From contig QZKG01000022.1 in NCBI GenBank assembly GCA_003599855.1, positions 29,927 through 93,926 of the forward strand: 64,000 nucleotides of DNA, given 5' to 3'. The DNA is from Gaiellales bacterium. GTDB lineage: Bacteria > Actinomycetota > Thermoleophilia > BMS3ABIN01. Position numbers and translations under genes: made by a program. The notes under the pieces were generated by a model, which saw nothing but the letters and a program-made list of their open reading frames with translations, was not told where the DNA came from and searched no databases. This document shows positions 49,910-60,431 of this stretch, piece by piece. Numbering within the stretch: position 1 is the first letter of the stretch; each line of letters starts with the position of its first letter.

Positions 49910-51112
49910 ATGCCTACGAGGAAATCGATCATCTGGCTCCTGGCAGCGGCAGCCCTTTATTTCATCGCCTGGAACATCGGCGGCGGCTGGCTCTACACCA
50001 TCATCGCCATCCTCATCGCGTTCCCCCTGGGATCCCTGATCATCAGCCGCTTCAACACGGGCAGCATCTCGCTCACCCAGGAATGCCCGGACCGCTGCAG
50101 CCAGGGAGATGAGCTGTCGACCACGATCACCATCCGTAACCGCTCGCGGCTACCCCGCTTCCTGCTGGACATCACGGGCAGCCTGGGAGGCAGCGACGCC
50201 AGCCTGCTGCTGGCCCATGCTGGTGGCGCCAGTAGCAGGGAAATCCCCCTGGTTTTCAGCAACGTCAGGCGCGGAATCTACACCGGCGGCGGTTTCACGC
50301 TGTCCAGCAGGGCGCCGGCCGGCCTCGCGCGCAGCCGCCGCGGATTCATGACCGACTGCCCCCTGGTCGTTTATCCACGCTGGCGCCAGCTGGCCGGAGA
50401 CTGGGGCTCAGGTGATGCCGGCAGCGGTCACGCCGGCGCCGGGGCGGCTCCCGCCCGCGCAGCCTCGGGCGACTACCTGGGCGTACGCGAGTACCGCCCC
50501 GGGGACAGCCCCAGGTCGATACACTGGAAGACCACAGCCCGAAGCAACCGCCTGACCGTGACCGAGTACGCGCGACCGGTGACCATGGTCCCCGTCTTCA
50601 TCGTCGACCCGTTCCGTCAGGGCGAGATCGGTGAGGGCGACGACAGCTCCTTTGAGACAGCTGTCTCCCTGGCCGCTTCCCTGGTGCAGAGAGAGGCCCT
50701 CCACAGGCGCGACTTCGGTATCGGCGCGTCCTGGGAAGAGGCTGCAGCGCGTGGGCTCGACAGCGATCCGGAGGCCGCCATGCTCTTCCTGGCAGGGCTG
50801 CGGGCGGAGAGTCGGGAGCCCCTGGGCCTCGACACCGCAGGGACAGGCTGGGCTGATGCCACACCGGTGGTGATCATGACCAGTCACACGGCCTATGCCA
50901 CGGTGGACGAGAGCGACCTCGTGGCAGACTACCCGCAATCCATGATACTGATGATCGACGGGCGCGCCTGCGGTCCTGACTACAGGCAGCGAGGCCTGCT
51001 GCTTGACGACAGCCGGATAGACAGACTGGCCGGGCGTCTGGATGCGACCGGTTGCCGCTTCCTGCTCATCGACCCCGATGAGGACCTGGAAAGATGCCTC
51101 GAAGGCTTGTAA
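49910..51112 (+). CDS. DUF58-domain protein (vWA-like partner of MoxR), 2 N-terminal TM helices
   Basis: DYLGVREYRPGDSPRSIHWKTTAR DUF58 core. Confidence 0.8.
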   Translation: MPTRKSIIWLLAAAALYFIAWNIGGGWLYTIIAILIAFPLGSLIISRFNTGSISLTQECPDRCSQGDELSTTITIRNRSRLPRFLLDITGSLGGSDASLLLAHAGGASSREIPLVFSNVRRGIYTGGGFTLSSRAPAGLARSRRGFMTDCPLVVYPRWRQLAGDWGSGDAGSGHAGAGAAPARAASGDYLGVREYRPGDSPRSIHWKTTARSNRLTVTEYARPVTMVPVFIVDPFRQGEIGEGDDSSFETAVSLAASLVQREALHRRDFGIGASWEEAAARGLDSDPEAAMLFLAGLRAESREPLGLDTAGTGWADATPVVIMTSHTAYATVDESDLVADYPQSMILMIDGRACGPDYRQRGLLLDDSRIDRLAGRLDATGCRFLLIDPDEDLERCLEGL

Positions 51113-53301
51113 AGGTTTTTGCCAGGCTCAATCCGCGCAGGAGTCCCGAGGACAGCCTGGCGCTGAGAGCCAGCGTGCTGGCTTCGATCCTGACGGCGGA
51201 GCTGACCATCCTGGCCATGGGGTATTACGGCCTGATCACGACGGTGGCGGTGCCGCTGTTGACTGCCGCCGGTTTCTACATAAGCTGGCGGCGCCGGCGC
51301 GAGCGCAACCTGCTCATCAAGCTCATCCTGGCTGTGATGGTGGTCGCAGCGGCGGTCATCTTCCTCAGGGAGCTGGCCGGCAGCCTCTACGATACCCGCC
51401 TGCCCCTGATCAGGCTGTTCCTCTGGTTGCAGGTGATGCATTCCTTTGACCTGCCCGCCCGCCGGGACCTGAAGTTCTCCCTGGTAAGCGGCCTGATCCT
51501 CATCACGGCCGGCGCGGTCTTGTCGATCAGCATGACGTATATCGCCGGTCTCGCCCTGTTCAGCGCCGCCGCGGTAGCCGCCCTGATCCAGTTCCAGCTC
51601 TCCGAGGATTCCCAGCGGGTGGACCGCGTCGTGGCGGCGGATCCCTGGCGGCTGGCGGCAGGCTCGTTCCTTGTCTGGCTCATGCTCGTGTCAGTTGCCG
51701 TGCCGGTGATGCTGGTGATGCCCCAGAGCACCCAGGCGCGACTGACCTCACTGCCGGTATCAGAGTTGACGAAGATCTTCTCGGACTTCCCCTCCGAGGT
51801 GGTCAACCCCTACTACCGCGAAGGCGGTGACCCTTTCGACAGACCGCCCCAGTTCAGCGCCGACTCCTATTACGGCTTCAACCCCTACATGGACCTGCGC
51901 TCCCGCGGCCGGCTGAGCGACGACATCGTCCTCAAGGTGCGATCGGACCGGTACGACTTCTACCGGGGCATAGTCTTCGACGTCTACAACGGGAAGGGCT
52001 GGGAGATGAGCGATGAGGAGGGTGAGGACATCGTTTCGAGCTCGCCGCCGTTCGAGCTGCCCGTGGACACCTCCATGCCCCGCGGCGGCACCAGCATCCA
52101 GAGCTTTTACATCCAGGCCGACCTTCCCAATATCATCTTCAGCGGCTGGCGGCCCGTATCACTGTTCTTCCCGGCGGACCGCATCAAGATCGACAAGTAT
52201 GGCAGCCTGCGCAGCCCCTACCAGTTGACCGACGACACCGTCTACTCCGTCGTGACTGAGCAGCCGCTCACTGCGGGCAGTTACCTGCGCCGCTTCCCCC
52301 GCGCCGGCGACCCCGCCGCCGGTCCTGAATACACGGCGCTTCCCGACGCTTACGGCGCCGACATACTGGAGATAGAGAAGCTGACCCGAGGCCTGACCGG
52401 CAGCTACGACAACACCTACGACAAGGTGCTGGCGGTGGAGCGCTATCTGAAGGAGACCTATCCATATGACCTGGAGATAGGGCCGCAGCGCTCGGAGCGG
52501 GACGCTGTCGCCTACTTCCTCTTCGAGGAACAGGCGGGCTACTGCGAGCATTTCGCTTCGGCGATGGCGGTGATGCTGCGCAGCGTCGGCATCCCAGCGC
52601 GGGTGGTGACCGGCTATACAGGCGGCAGCCTCAATCCCTTCACCGGGCTCTGGGAGGTTCGCCAGAGTGACGCCCACGCCTGGGTCGAAGTATATTTCGG
52701 CAGCGCCGGCTGGGTCGGCTTCGACCCCACCCCGGGTTTCGACATGCCGGGTGACGCCTCCAGGGACCGGGACAATTTCATGCTCAGCGGAATCATCGAT
52801 TACCTGGGCGGCATCGACTTCGGCCCTGCTGGCAGGGCGGTCTCGGCTGCCGGCGCCTGGCTTGGCCGGGGGGCCGCATGGCTCACCTCGGTCCCCCTGG
52901 CGCAGCTGTCAGCCGTCGCCACGGGGGCGGCGGCCCTGGCGGCCAGCGCCGGTCTCGCCCTGCGAAGGCTCATGCTCAGGCGCAGGCAGTCGCGGCTGGC
53001 TACCGCCGGGCTGTCCCGGGAGCTCCTCAGGGACCCCTCCCTGAAGGGATACCTGAGACTGTTGAAGCGCCTGGCCGGCATCGGCCTGGCGAGGCGCCCC
53101 GAGGAGACCCTGCGGCGGTTCGCCCGGCGGGTGTCCTTAAGCACCGGCTCGGCAGATTTCGAGGAGCTCAACGCGATTATCGAGGAGTTGAGGTATTCCG
53201 GCCGCCCGCGGTCGGACGGCGATCAGCGACGGGTGGCGGCGTTGAGCCTGGAGATAGATGAAAGGCTGCGTGAGGGGCGAGCGGCTACTGGGCGCGCTTG
53301 A
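51094..53301 (+). CDS. Transglutaminase-like membrane protein (TgpA-type: DUF3488 TM region plus transglutaminase core)
   Basis: GYCEHFASAMAVMLRSVGIPARVVTGY...DAHAWVEVYF Cys-His-Asp core. Multiple TM helices. Confidence 0.85.
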   Translation: MPRRLVKVFARLNPRRSPEDSLALRASVLASILTAELTILAMGYYGLITTVAVPLLTAAGFYISWRRRRERNLLIKLILAVMVVAAAVIFLRELAGSLYDTRLPLIRLFLWLQVMHSFDLPARRDLKFSLVSGLILITAGAVLSISMTYIAGLALFSAAAVAALIQFQLSEDSQRVDRVVAADPWRLAAGSFLVWLMLVSVAVPVMLVMPQSTQARLTSLPVSELTKIFSDFPSEVVNPYYREGGDPFDRPPQFSADSYYGFNPYMDLRSRGRLSDDIVLKVRSDRYDFYRGIVFDVYNGKGWEMSDEEGEDIVSSSPPFELPVDTSMPRGGTSIQSFYIQADLPNIIFSGWRPVSLFFPADRIKIDKYGSLRSPYQLTDDTVYSVVTEQPLTAGSYLRRFPRAGDPAAGPEYTALPDAYGADILEIEKLTRGLTGSYDNTYDKVLAVERYLKETYPYDLEIGPQRSERDAVAYFLFEEQAGYCEHFASAMAVMLRSVGIPARVVTGYTGGSLNPFTGLWEVRQSDAHAWVEVYFGSAGWVGFDPTPGFDMPGDASRDRDNFMLSGIIDYLGGIDFGPAGRAVSAAGAWLGRGAAWLTSVPLAQLSAVATGAAALAASAGLALRRLMLRRRQSRLATAGLSRELLRDPSLKGYLRLLKRLAGIGLARRPEETLRRFARRVSLSTGSADFEELNAIIEELRYSGRPRSDGDQRRVAALSLEIDERLREGRAATGRA

Positions 53302-53491
53302 TGAGACCGTCAGCCATGGCAGTCAGCCGGGCGGACAGCTCCGAGGTCTTGTCGCCGAGGGCCAGCATCGAGCCGTCCTCGAAGTAAAGCTCGACCCGGG
53401 ACTGACGGCGCACGCGCCTGAGCAGGTAGGTCAGCCCGAGGGCGGACGCTACCGACATCATGAACCCGAACAGGAACCTTCCTCTTGCCAT
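53285..53491 (-). CDS. Small membrane protein (68 aa), downstream of the Roadblock gene
   Basis: MARGRFLFGFMMSVASALGLTYLLRR...; start ATG 53491. Confidence 0.4.
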   Translation of the reverse strand: MARGRFLFGFMMSVASALGLTYLLRRVRRQSRVELYFEDGSMLALGDKTSELSARLTAMADGLIKRAQ

Positions 53492-53499
53492 GATCCCCC

Positions 53500-53877
53500 C
53501 TACTTGGAATACTCCCCGGCCGCCTCGAGTTCGAGGACGGTCTTGAGAGCCGTGTTGATATCGTAAAGCACCAGACCGACCGTGGGGTCGCCGGAAGTAA
53601 CAGCGGCCAGCCACGTGTCATTCTCGCCCATCGCGACGAACATGCAGCCCGAGCGGGTCTCGATGAACATCTGCGTCAGCCTGGGCTTGCCCATCTCTTC
53701 TGCCGCGGTGGCCGCTGAGGTGATGAGGTCCCGGGCGGCGGAGGTCATCGACTTCTCCGCCTCGGGAGAATGAAGGGTGCTGGCAAGGACTTCGCCTTCC
53801 CCCCTGGCCAGGACCGCGTTGCGGATGCTCGAGGACATCTCCAGCAATTCGTCCAGGGTCTCTTTTGGCGTAGGCAT
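53500..53877 (-). CDS. Roadblock/LC7 (MglB-like) domain protein
   Basis: 125-aa Robl_LC7-like sequence (GCMFVAMGENDTWLAAVTSGDPTVGLVLYDI). AAGGAGAG SD. Confidence 0.65.
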   Translation of the reverse strand: MPTPKETLDELLEMSSSIRNAVLARGEGEVLASTLHSPEAEKSMTSAARDLITSAATAAEEMGKPRLTQMFIETRSGCMFVAMGENDTWLAAVTSGDPTVGLVLYDINTALKTVLELEAAGEYSK

Positions 53878-53973
53878 TGCTCTCCTTGTTACCGTTTACC
53901 GTCTCCAGAGCTGACAAACTATCATAAGCTCAGCCACGAGACAAGGCAGACAGGCATCAGGCTGGGCGCCGGT

Positions 53974-56900
53974 TCAGGTGGCGGCGCGGGGGCGGGGCGG
54001 GCCGATGAACACCTTCTCGTCCCCCAGCAGGCCCCGCATCCTGGAGACGAAGTCCTCCCGGGGAACCACCGAATACTCGCTGCCGAGCCTGAGACGGCGG
54101 ACACCGTCGTCGGTGGTCACGTTGAGGATGACGGGGGTTGCCCCCGGATGGTCCAGGCAGAGGTTCTTCATCTCACCTACGATCACCGGGTTCACCTCGA
54201 TCTCGCCGGCGTCCAGGTGCAGCTCCACGGCGTCCGGCCCGTCTTCCCCGTCAACCCGGCGCTGGCCGCCGCTGCTGCCGTCATCCAGCTGCCTGATGTC
54301 CGAGGCGATGATCTTGACCTCTCCCTCTCCCTTGTGGTCGACCTTGCCGGTGACCACCACTACCGACTCCTCCACCAGCAAATGGCTGGCGCGGCCATAG
54401 AGCTCGGAGAAGACCACGACCTCGAGGCTGCCCTCCAGGTCCTCCATGGTCACGAAAGCCATCGGGTCGCCCTTCTTGGTGGTATGCTTCTTGACCACGG
54501 AGACCAGTCCGGCCACGGTGACGGTGCTGCGGTCACGGGCCTCCGCAAGGCCGCCGATGGAATGGGTGCTGCTCGCGGCTATCCTGTCCTCGAGACCATG
54601 CAGGGGGTGGCTGGAGACATACAGCCCCAGAGTCTCCTTCTCCAGCTTGTTCAGCTCGGAAGCGTCGAACTCTTCTTCCCCCACCGGCGGGTCGGTGATT
54701 TCGCTCCCGGCGTCGTCCCCGGCGGCCAGGTCGAAGATGGATGCCTGGCCTGCGAGGCTGTCCTGCTGGCTCCGGGAGCCCATCGCCTGGGCCTGCGGCA
54801 TGGCCTCGAGCATCCCCTTGCGGCTGGCGCCGGTGGAGTCCAGCGCGCCGCACTTGACCAGGCTCTCCAGGGCCTTCTTGTTCAGCAGCCCCGAATCGAC
54901 CCGGCGGCAAAGGTCGTGGATGGATCGGAAATCGCCGCCTTCCTCCCTGGCGGCGATGATCGCCCCGATCACGTTGGAACCGACGTTCTTGACCGCGTTG
55001 AGCCCGAACCTGATCCGGCCTTCGACCACGGTGAAGTCGTTCATGCTCTCGTTGATGTCCGGCGGCAACACTTCGATGCCCATGGCCTTGCAGGCGTTCA
55101 CGTAGAAGGGGACCTTGTCCTTGGTGGACATGACGCTCGATATGGTAGCAGCCATGTACTCCACCGGGTAGTTAGCCTTGAGATAAGCCGTCTGGTAAGC
55201 CACCAGGGCGTAGCTGACGGCATGGGACTTGTTGAAGGAATAGTCGCCCGCCCGTTCCATCAGGCCCCAGAGGTGCTCGGTCACGGAGGAGCTGACGTCG
55301 TTGCCGCGGCAGCCCTCGACGAACCTGCTCTTCAGGCTCGCCATCAGGTCCTTCTTCTTCTTGCCGATGGCCTTGCGCAGGTCGTCGGCCTGTGCAGGAG
55401 AGAAGCCGGCCATGCGCTTGGCGATCTCCATCAGCTGCTCCTGGTAGATCGCCACGCCGTAAGTGGGTTCCAGAATCTCCCGCAAGCGCTCGTCGGCGTA
55501 CTTCACCGCCCCGGGCCTCTTCTTGTTGCGGGCATACTCAGGGATGAATTCCATGGGACCGGGGCGGTAAAGCGCCACCAGCGCGTAGAGGTCCTCGAAG
55601 CAGGTGGGCTGGACCCTCCTGAGGGCGTCCTTCATGCCCGAGCTCTCGAACTGGAAGACACCGTCGCTCTGGCCTCTACGCATCATCGCGTAGGTCGCTT
55701 CGTCATCCATGGGAAGGTTCCTCAGGTCGATCCCGACACCCTGTGATTGCCTGATGAGGGCGACCGCGCTCTTGAGGATATCCAGGTTCCTGAGGCCCAG
55801 GAAGTCCATCTTGAGGAGCCCCAGCTTCTCCACGTCCTCCATGGCGTACTGGGTGACAACCTCAGCGTCGCCTTTTTGCTGCAGGGGCAGGTATTCAGTC
55901 AGGGGGCGGTCGGAGATAACCACGCCGGCGGCATGGATCGAGTCCTGCCGCACGAGTCCCTCCAGGAACCTGGCCAGGTCGATGATCTCCTTGGTCTGCT
56001 GGTCGCTGTCGTAGGCTTTCCTGAGCTCCTGCCCCGGTTTCAGGCACTTCTCGAAGCTGACGCCCGGCCCTTCCGGTATCAGCTTGGCGATCTTGTCGAC
56101 AACCCCGTAGGGCACGTTCATCACCCGGCCGGCGTCCCTGGTGGCCTGGCGCGCCGCCATGGTGCCGAAGGTGATGATCTGGGCCACGCTCTCGCGGCCG
56201 TAACGCTGGGCGACGTAGTCGAGCACCCGCTCCCGGTCCACCGGCGAGAAATCGATGTCGATATCGGGCATGCTCTTACGGCCCGGGTTGAGGAAGCGCT
56301 CGAAGAGCAGGTCGTACTTCAGTGGATCGACGTCGGTGATGCCCAGGCAATAGGCCACCAGGCTGCCGGCGGCCGAGCCACGGCCCGGCCCGACGGCGAT
56401 GTCGTTGTCGCGGGCGAACCGCACGAAGTCCCAGACGATGAGGAAGTAGGAAGCGAAGCCCATCTCCCTGATGGTCTCGAGCTCGAATTCCAGCCGCTCA
56501 CCGGCGACCTCGGGGACCGCGTCACCGTAACGCTCAGCCAGCCCCGCCCGGCAGAGCCTGAGCAGGTAGGCGTCCTGGTCCTCTCCTGCGGGCGTGTCGA
56601 AAACGGGCAGGAGCAGCTGGTCGAATTCCAGCTCGACGTTGCAGCGCCCGGCTATCTCCAGGGTGCTGGCCAGCGCCTCGGGCTCACCCGGGAATGCCGC
56701 GGCCATCTCGTCGGCGCTCTTGAGGTAGAACTCTTCCCCCTGGAACTTGAGGCGCTCCGCGTCCAGCAGGGTGCTGCCAGTCTGGACACAGAGCAGGGCG
56801 TCATGGGCTGTGGCGTGATCATGCCGCAGGTAATGGACGTCGTTGGTGGCCACCAGGGGCCGCCCCGTCTCCCGCGATAACTCCTTCAGCAGAGGATTCA

Positions 56901-57501
56901 CCTTCTGCTGTTCCGCCAGGCCGTGGTTCTGGATCTCTATATAGACATTGTCCACGCCAAAAATATCCTGCAGATTCACGATCTCCTGGCGGGCGCTCTC
57001 CATGTCGCCGCTATAGAGGAAGTCACAGACGCGGCTGTTGAGACAGCCGGAGAGCACGATGATACCCTCGCTGTGCTGCCGCAGTACGTCGAAATCGACG
57101 CGGGGGCGGTAATAAAACCCTTCGATGTAGCCGCGCGAGGAAATCTTCACGAGGTTGCGATAGCCGGTGGCGTCCTCCGCCAGCAGGGTCAGGTGGAAGC
57201 GTTTCTCCCGGGCGTCGCTCCTGTCCAGCCGGTCCCCGACCACATAACATTCGAGCCCGATGATCGGCTTTACGCCCTTCTCCCTGGCTTTGCGGTAGAA
57301 ATCGATGGCGCCATACAGTACGCCGTGGTCAGTGACGGCCACGGCTCCCATCCCCTGTTCGAGGCAGCGATCGAGCAACGGCCCCACCTTGCAGGCGCCG
57401 TCGAGCATGGAATACTCGCTGTGGAGGTGCAGGTGGACAAAGCCTTCAGCCGGCGGGGTCGCCGGCCCGTTGCCAACAGGATTGGCATCTGACCTATTCA
57501 A
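53974..57501 (-). CDS. dnaE: DNA polymerase III alpha subunit
   Basis: PHP domain (FVHLHLHSEYSMLDGA) and Pol IIIα core/OB. TTG 57501 with AAGGGAG SD. Track start 57546 is GTG. Confidence 0.9.
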   Translation of the reverse strand: MNRSDANPVGNGPATPPAEGFVHLHLHSEYSMLDGACKVGPLLDRCLEQGMGAVAVTDHGVLYGAIDFYRKAREKGVKPIIGLECYVVGDRLDRSDAREKRFHLTLLAEDATGYRNLVKISSRGYIEGFYYRPRVDFDVLRQHSEGIIVLSGCLNSRVCDFLYSGDMESARQEIVNLQDIFGVDNVYIEIQNHGLAEQQKVNPLLKELSRETGRPLVATNDVHYLRHDHATAHDALLCVQTGSTLLDAERLKFQGEEFYLKSADEMAAAFPGEPEALASTLEIAGRCNVELEFDQLLLPVFDTPAGEDQDAYLLRLCRAGLAERYGDAVPEVAGERLEFELETIREMGFASYFLIVWDFVRFARDNDIAVGPGRGSAAGSLVAYCLGITDVDPLKYDLLFERFLNPGRKSMPDIDIDFSPVDRERVLDYVAQRYGRESVAQIITFGTMAARQATRDAGRVMNVPYGVVDKIAKLIPEGPGVSFEKCLKPGQELRKAYDSDQQTKEIIDLARFLEGLVRQDSIHAAGVVISDRPLTEYLPLQQKGDAEVVTQYAMEDVEKLGLLKMDFLGLRNLDILKSAVALIRQSQGVGIDLRNLPMDDEATYAMMRRGQSDGVFQFESSGMKDALRRVQPTCFEDLYALVALYRPGPMEFIPEYARNKKRPGAVKYADERLREILEPTYGVAIYQEQLMEIAKRMAGFSPAQADDLRKAIGKKKKDLMASLKSRFVEGCRGNDVSSSVTEHLWGLMERAGDYSFNKSHAVSYALVAYQTAYLKANYPVEYMAATISSVMSTKDKVPFYVNACKAMGIEVLPPDINESMNDFTVVEGRIRFGLNAVKNVGSNVIGAIIAAREEGGDFRSIHDLCRRVDSGLLNKKALESLVKCGALDSTGASRKGMLEAMPQAQAMGSRSQQDSLAGQASIFDLAAGDDAGSEITDPPVGEEEFDASELNKLEKETLGLYVSSHPLHGLEDRIAASSTHSIGGLAEARDRSTVTVAGLVSVVKKHTTKKGDPMAFVTMEDLEGSLEVVVFSELYGRASHLLVEESVVVVTGKVDHKGEGEVKIIASDIRQLDDGSSGGQRRVDGEDGPDAVELHLDAGEIEVNPVIVGEMKNLCLDHPGATPVILNVTTDDGVRRLRLGSEYSVVPREDFVSRMRGLLGDEKVFIGPPRPRAAT

Positions 57502-57668
57502 GTGCGGTTCTCCCTTACAATCACGACGGGAAGATTCTACTCTCACCGCCGCCCCGGTTCAACAGGATACCACGCCCAAACGGCGCCTTTCTGCCGCCTC
57601 TTCTGGCGACAGGACCCGCATTTGCCCCGTTGCTGGCCGCAAGGGCCGTCCCGGCGCCTATCCCCCGC

Positions 57669-58001
57669 TTATTCCCGCGCCGTGCCCCTGACCTCGGCCA
57701 GCATGATGATGCCGACGACGAATGTAACCACCGCCAGACCGGTGCAGCCTATCTGCATGCCGACGTGCTCCGACCGGGCTGCCAGGCCGATGTGGGTGAC
57801 GCCCACCAGGAAGATCGGCAGCCCCATCACCTCAGACGTCGTCAGCCAGTAGAACGCCAGCAGGATCCCGGCTATCCCCAGGGCGTAACAGACAGTCTTC
57901 ATGGTGTCATGCTGGTTCATCTTCAGGAACATACAGATGTAGCTGGCCGCACCGTAGACCGAGGCCAGCCCCCCGTTGATCATTCCTCCCCTGAATCGCA
58001 T
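57669..58001 (-). CDS. Hypothetical small membrane protein (3 TM)
   Basis: AGGAAGGAG SD lies 5 nt before ATG 58001. Confidence 0.5.
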   Translation of the reverse strand: MRFRGGMINGGLASVYGAASYICMFLKMNQHDTMKTVCYALGIAGILLAFYWLTTSEVMGLPIFLVGVTHIGLAARSEHVGMQIGCTGLAVVTFVVGIIMLAEVRGTARE

Positions 58002-58156
58002 GCATACTCCTTCCTGGTAGCCTGGTAGCCTGATGAAAGTGCCCCCGACTCACCGTCGCGAAAAATCCCGCTTGCGGCCCTACTACAGACGATTCGACGC
58101 GCGGAACGCTGTTTCCTGCGAAAGTTGACGGGGGAGTGAGGAACAGCCGTAGAACC

Positions 58157-58789
58157 CTACGGCGCCGCCGGGACGACCCGGTTGGTCAGGCGGCCCACGC
58201 CTTCCACCTGCACCACTGCCTCATCCCCGGGCGCCAGCGGCCCTACCCCCGGCGGTGTGCCGGTGAGGATGACGTCACCCGGTTCCAGGGTCATGATCCG
58301 CGAGACGAACGCAACCAGCCCGGCCGGCGGGAAGACCATGTCCCCCAGCGGTGCGCTCTGGCGGAGCTCGCCGTTCAAGACCAGCTCCACCAGCGCTTCC
58401 GGCGGCGGTGTCGAGGTCTCCACCCCCGGCCCCAGCGGGCAAAAGGTATCAAAGCTCTTGGAGCGCGTCCACTGGCCGTCACGCTCCTGCAGCTCGCGGG
58501 CGGTCACATCGTTGGCGCAGGTGTAGCCGAGGATGAAACCGGGGGCGTCGGCGGCGGTGATGTCCCTGCAGGTCCTCCCGATGACCACCGCCAGCTCCGC
58601 TTCATGATCCACCCGCCCCACCTCCTGCGGCAGTACGATGGCACCACCGTCGGAGATGACGGCGGAGGGAGGCTTCATGAACAGGACCGGCTCGTCGGGT
58701 ACGGCCATGCCGAGTTCGCGGGCATGGGAGCGGTAGTTGAGCCCGACGGCGATTATCTTGCCGGGACAAGGCAGGGGGACGCGGGCCAT
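58157..58789 (-). CDS. Fumarylacetoacetate hydrolase (FAH) family hydratase/isomerase
   Basis: FAH-fold motifs (IIAVGLNY, HEAELAVVIG, DVILTGTPPGVG). Starts 3 nt after the cimA/leuA stop. Confidence 0.8.
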   Translation of the reverse strand: MARVPLPCPGKIIAVGLNYRSHARELGMAVPDEPVLFMKPPSAVISDGGAIVLPQEVGRVDHEAELAVVIGRTCRDITAADAPGFILGYTCANDVTARELQERDGQWTRSKSFDTFCPLGPGVETSTPPPEALVELVLNGELRQSAPLGDMVFPPAGLVAFVSRIMTLEPGDVILTGTPPGVGPLAPGDEAVVQVEGVGRLTNRVVPAAP

Positions 58790-58792
58790 GGC

Positions 58793-60379
58793 CTAGCGGC
58801 GGCGCTGCTTGTAAAGTCCGTATTCGATGCTGTCCACCAGGGCTTCCCAGCTGGCCTCGATGATGTTCTCCGAGACGCCCACGGTTCCCCAGTAATCCAC
58901 CCCGTCGCTGGAATCCAAAAGGACGCGGGTGACGGCGCCGGTCCCCTTATGCTCGTCGAGGATGCGCACCTTGAAGTTGACCAGGTGCACCCTGGACAGC
59001 TCATCGATCAACCTGGGGTATTTTCGCGGCAGCAGCTTTCTCAAGGCTATATCCAGGGCGTTCACCGGGCCGTTGCCCTCGGCGAAAGCGATGGGCAGCT
59101 CGCCGTTGCCGTCGCCCTTGAGGACGATCTTGGCCTCGCTGATGACCGCGCTCTTGCGTTTCTGGACGATGACGCGGAAGTTGTCCAGCTCGATGACCGG
59201 CTCGTAAAGACCCAGCTCCCTGAGGAGGAAGAGCTCGAAGGAAGCGTCGGCAGCCTCGTAATGATAGCCGGCGTGTTCCTTCTCCTTCAGGCTCTTGAGG
59301 ATGCGGGCGACGGTGGCCTGGTCGCCCTCGATATCGAGCCCCATCTCCACCGCCTTCTTGAGCACCGTGGCGCGCCCTGCCAGCTCGCTGACCAGGATGC
59401 GCTGCTGGTTGCCCACCAGGGCCGGGTCGATGTGCTCGAAGGTGCGCGCGTCCCTCAGGGCGGCGCTGACATGCAAACCGCCCTTGTGGGCAAAGGCGTT
59501 CTCACCGACGTAGGGCTGGTGCGGTTCCGGGCTGATGTTGGCTACCTCGGCGATGTAATGGGACGCCTCGGTGAGCTGGGACAGGCGCCGGTCTGTTATG
59601 CAGTCATAGCCCATCTTCAGCTTGATGGCAGGGATGATCGAAGCGAGGTTGGCGTTGCCGCAGCGCTCGCCGTAACCATTCATGGTCCCCTGGACCTGGA
59701 TGGCGCCGTTCGCCACCGCGGTCAGCGATACCGCGACGGCGCATTCGGAATCATTATGTGCGTGGATGCCCACCGGCACACCCGCCTCGCTGACCACCTG
59801 CCGGACGATCTCACCGGCCTCAGCGGGCAGCGTGGCGCCGTTGGTGTCGCAGAGGACCAGGCGGGTAGCCCCCGCCTCCTCGGCGACTCCCAGGGCCCGC
59901 AGGGCGTAATCAGGGTCGTCCAGGAAGCCGTCAAAGAAGTGCTCGGCGTCGTAGAATACCTCGCGGCCGCGGCGCGTCAGCAGCCTGATGGTGTCGCCGA
60001 TCATGTTGAGGTTCTCCTCCAGGCCCACGTGGAGCACCTTCTGGGTATGGAGCTTCCAGCTCTTGCCCACGATGGTCGCCACCGGCGCGTCGACCTTGAG
60101 CAGCTCCTTCAGGAGCGGGTCGTTGTGCGCCCGGACGCCGCGCTTGTGGGTCATGCCGAAGATGGCCAGCTTGGCCGTCCTGAGCCTGCGGCCGGCCATC
60201 TGGCGGTAGAACTCCACGTCCTTGGGGTTGGAGCCGGGGAAGCCGCCCTCGATGTAATGCACCCCAAGGCGGTCCAGCCGCATGGCGATCTGGACCTTCT
60301 CATCCACCGAGACGCTCATGCCTTCCCGCTGCATGCCGTCCCTGAGGGTCGTGTCATATATCTCGATCTTCTTTGCCAT
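58793..60379 (-). CDS. (R)-citramalate synthase / 2-isopropylmalate synthase family (LeuA-type, CimA-like)
   Basis: MAKKIEIYDTTLRDGMQ... HMGL-like barrel plus LeuA-dimer C-terminal domain. ATG 60379. Confidence 0.85.
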   Translation of the reverse strand: MAKKIEIYDTTLRDGMQREGMSVSVDEKVQIAMRLDRLGVHYIEGGFPGSNPKDVEFYRQMAGRRLRTAKLAIFGMTHKRGVRAHNDPLLKELLKVDAPVATIVGKSWKLHTQKVLHVGLEENLNMIGDTIRLLTRRGREVFYDAEHFFDGFLDDPDYALRALGVAEEAGATRLVLCDTNGATLPAEAGEIVRQVVSEAGVPVGIHAHNDSECAVAVSLTAVANGAIQVQGTMNGYGERCGNANLASIIPAIKLKMGYDCITDRRLSQLTEASHYIAEVANISPEPHQPYVGENAFAHKGGLHVSAALRDARTFEHIDPALVGNQQRILVSELAGRATVLKKAVEMGLDIEGDQATVARILKSLKEKEHAGYHYEAADASFELFLLRELGLYEPVIELDNFRVIVQKRKSAVISEAKIVLKGDGNGELPIAFAEGNGPVNALDIALRKLLPRKYPRLIDELSRVHLVNFKVRILDEHKGTGAVTRVLLDSSDGVDYWGTVGVSENIIEASWEALVDSIEYGLYKQRRR

Positions 60380-60431
60380 TCCCTGTCCCGTCATCCGGGC
60401 GCCGGCCCCGGGACCGGCGTGCCGGCTTTGC

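Noticed and set aside
53770-56880. 658-aa and 377-aa plus-strand ORFs inside dnaE.
   Set aside because: Antisense of dnaE. Alanine/arginine/glycine-rich junk typical of GC-rich reverse frames.
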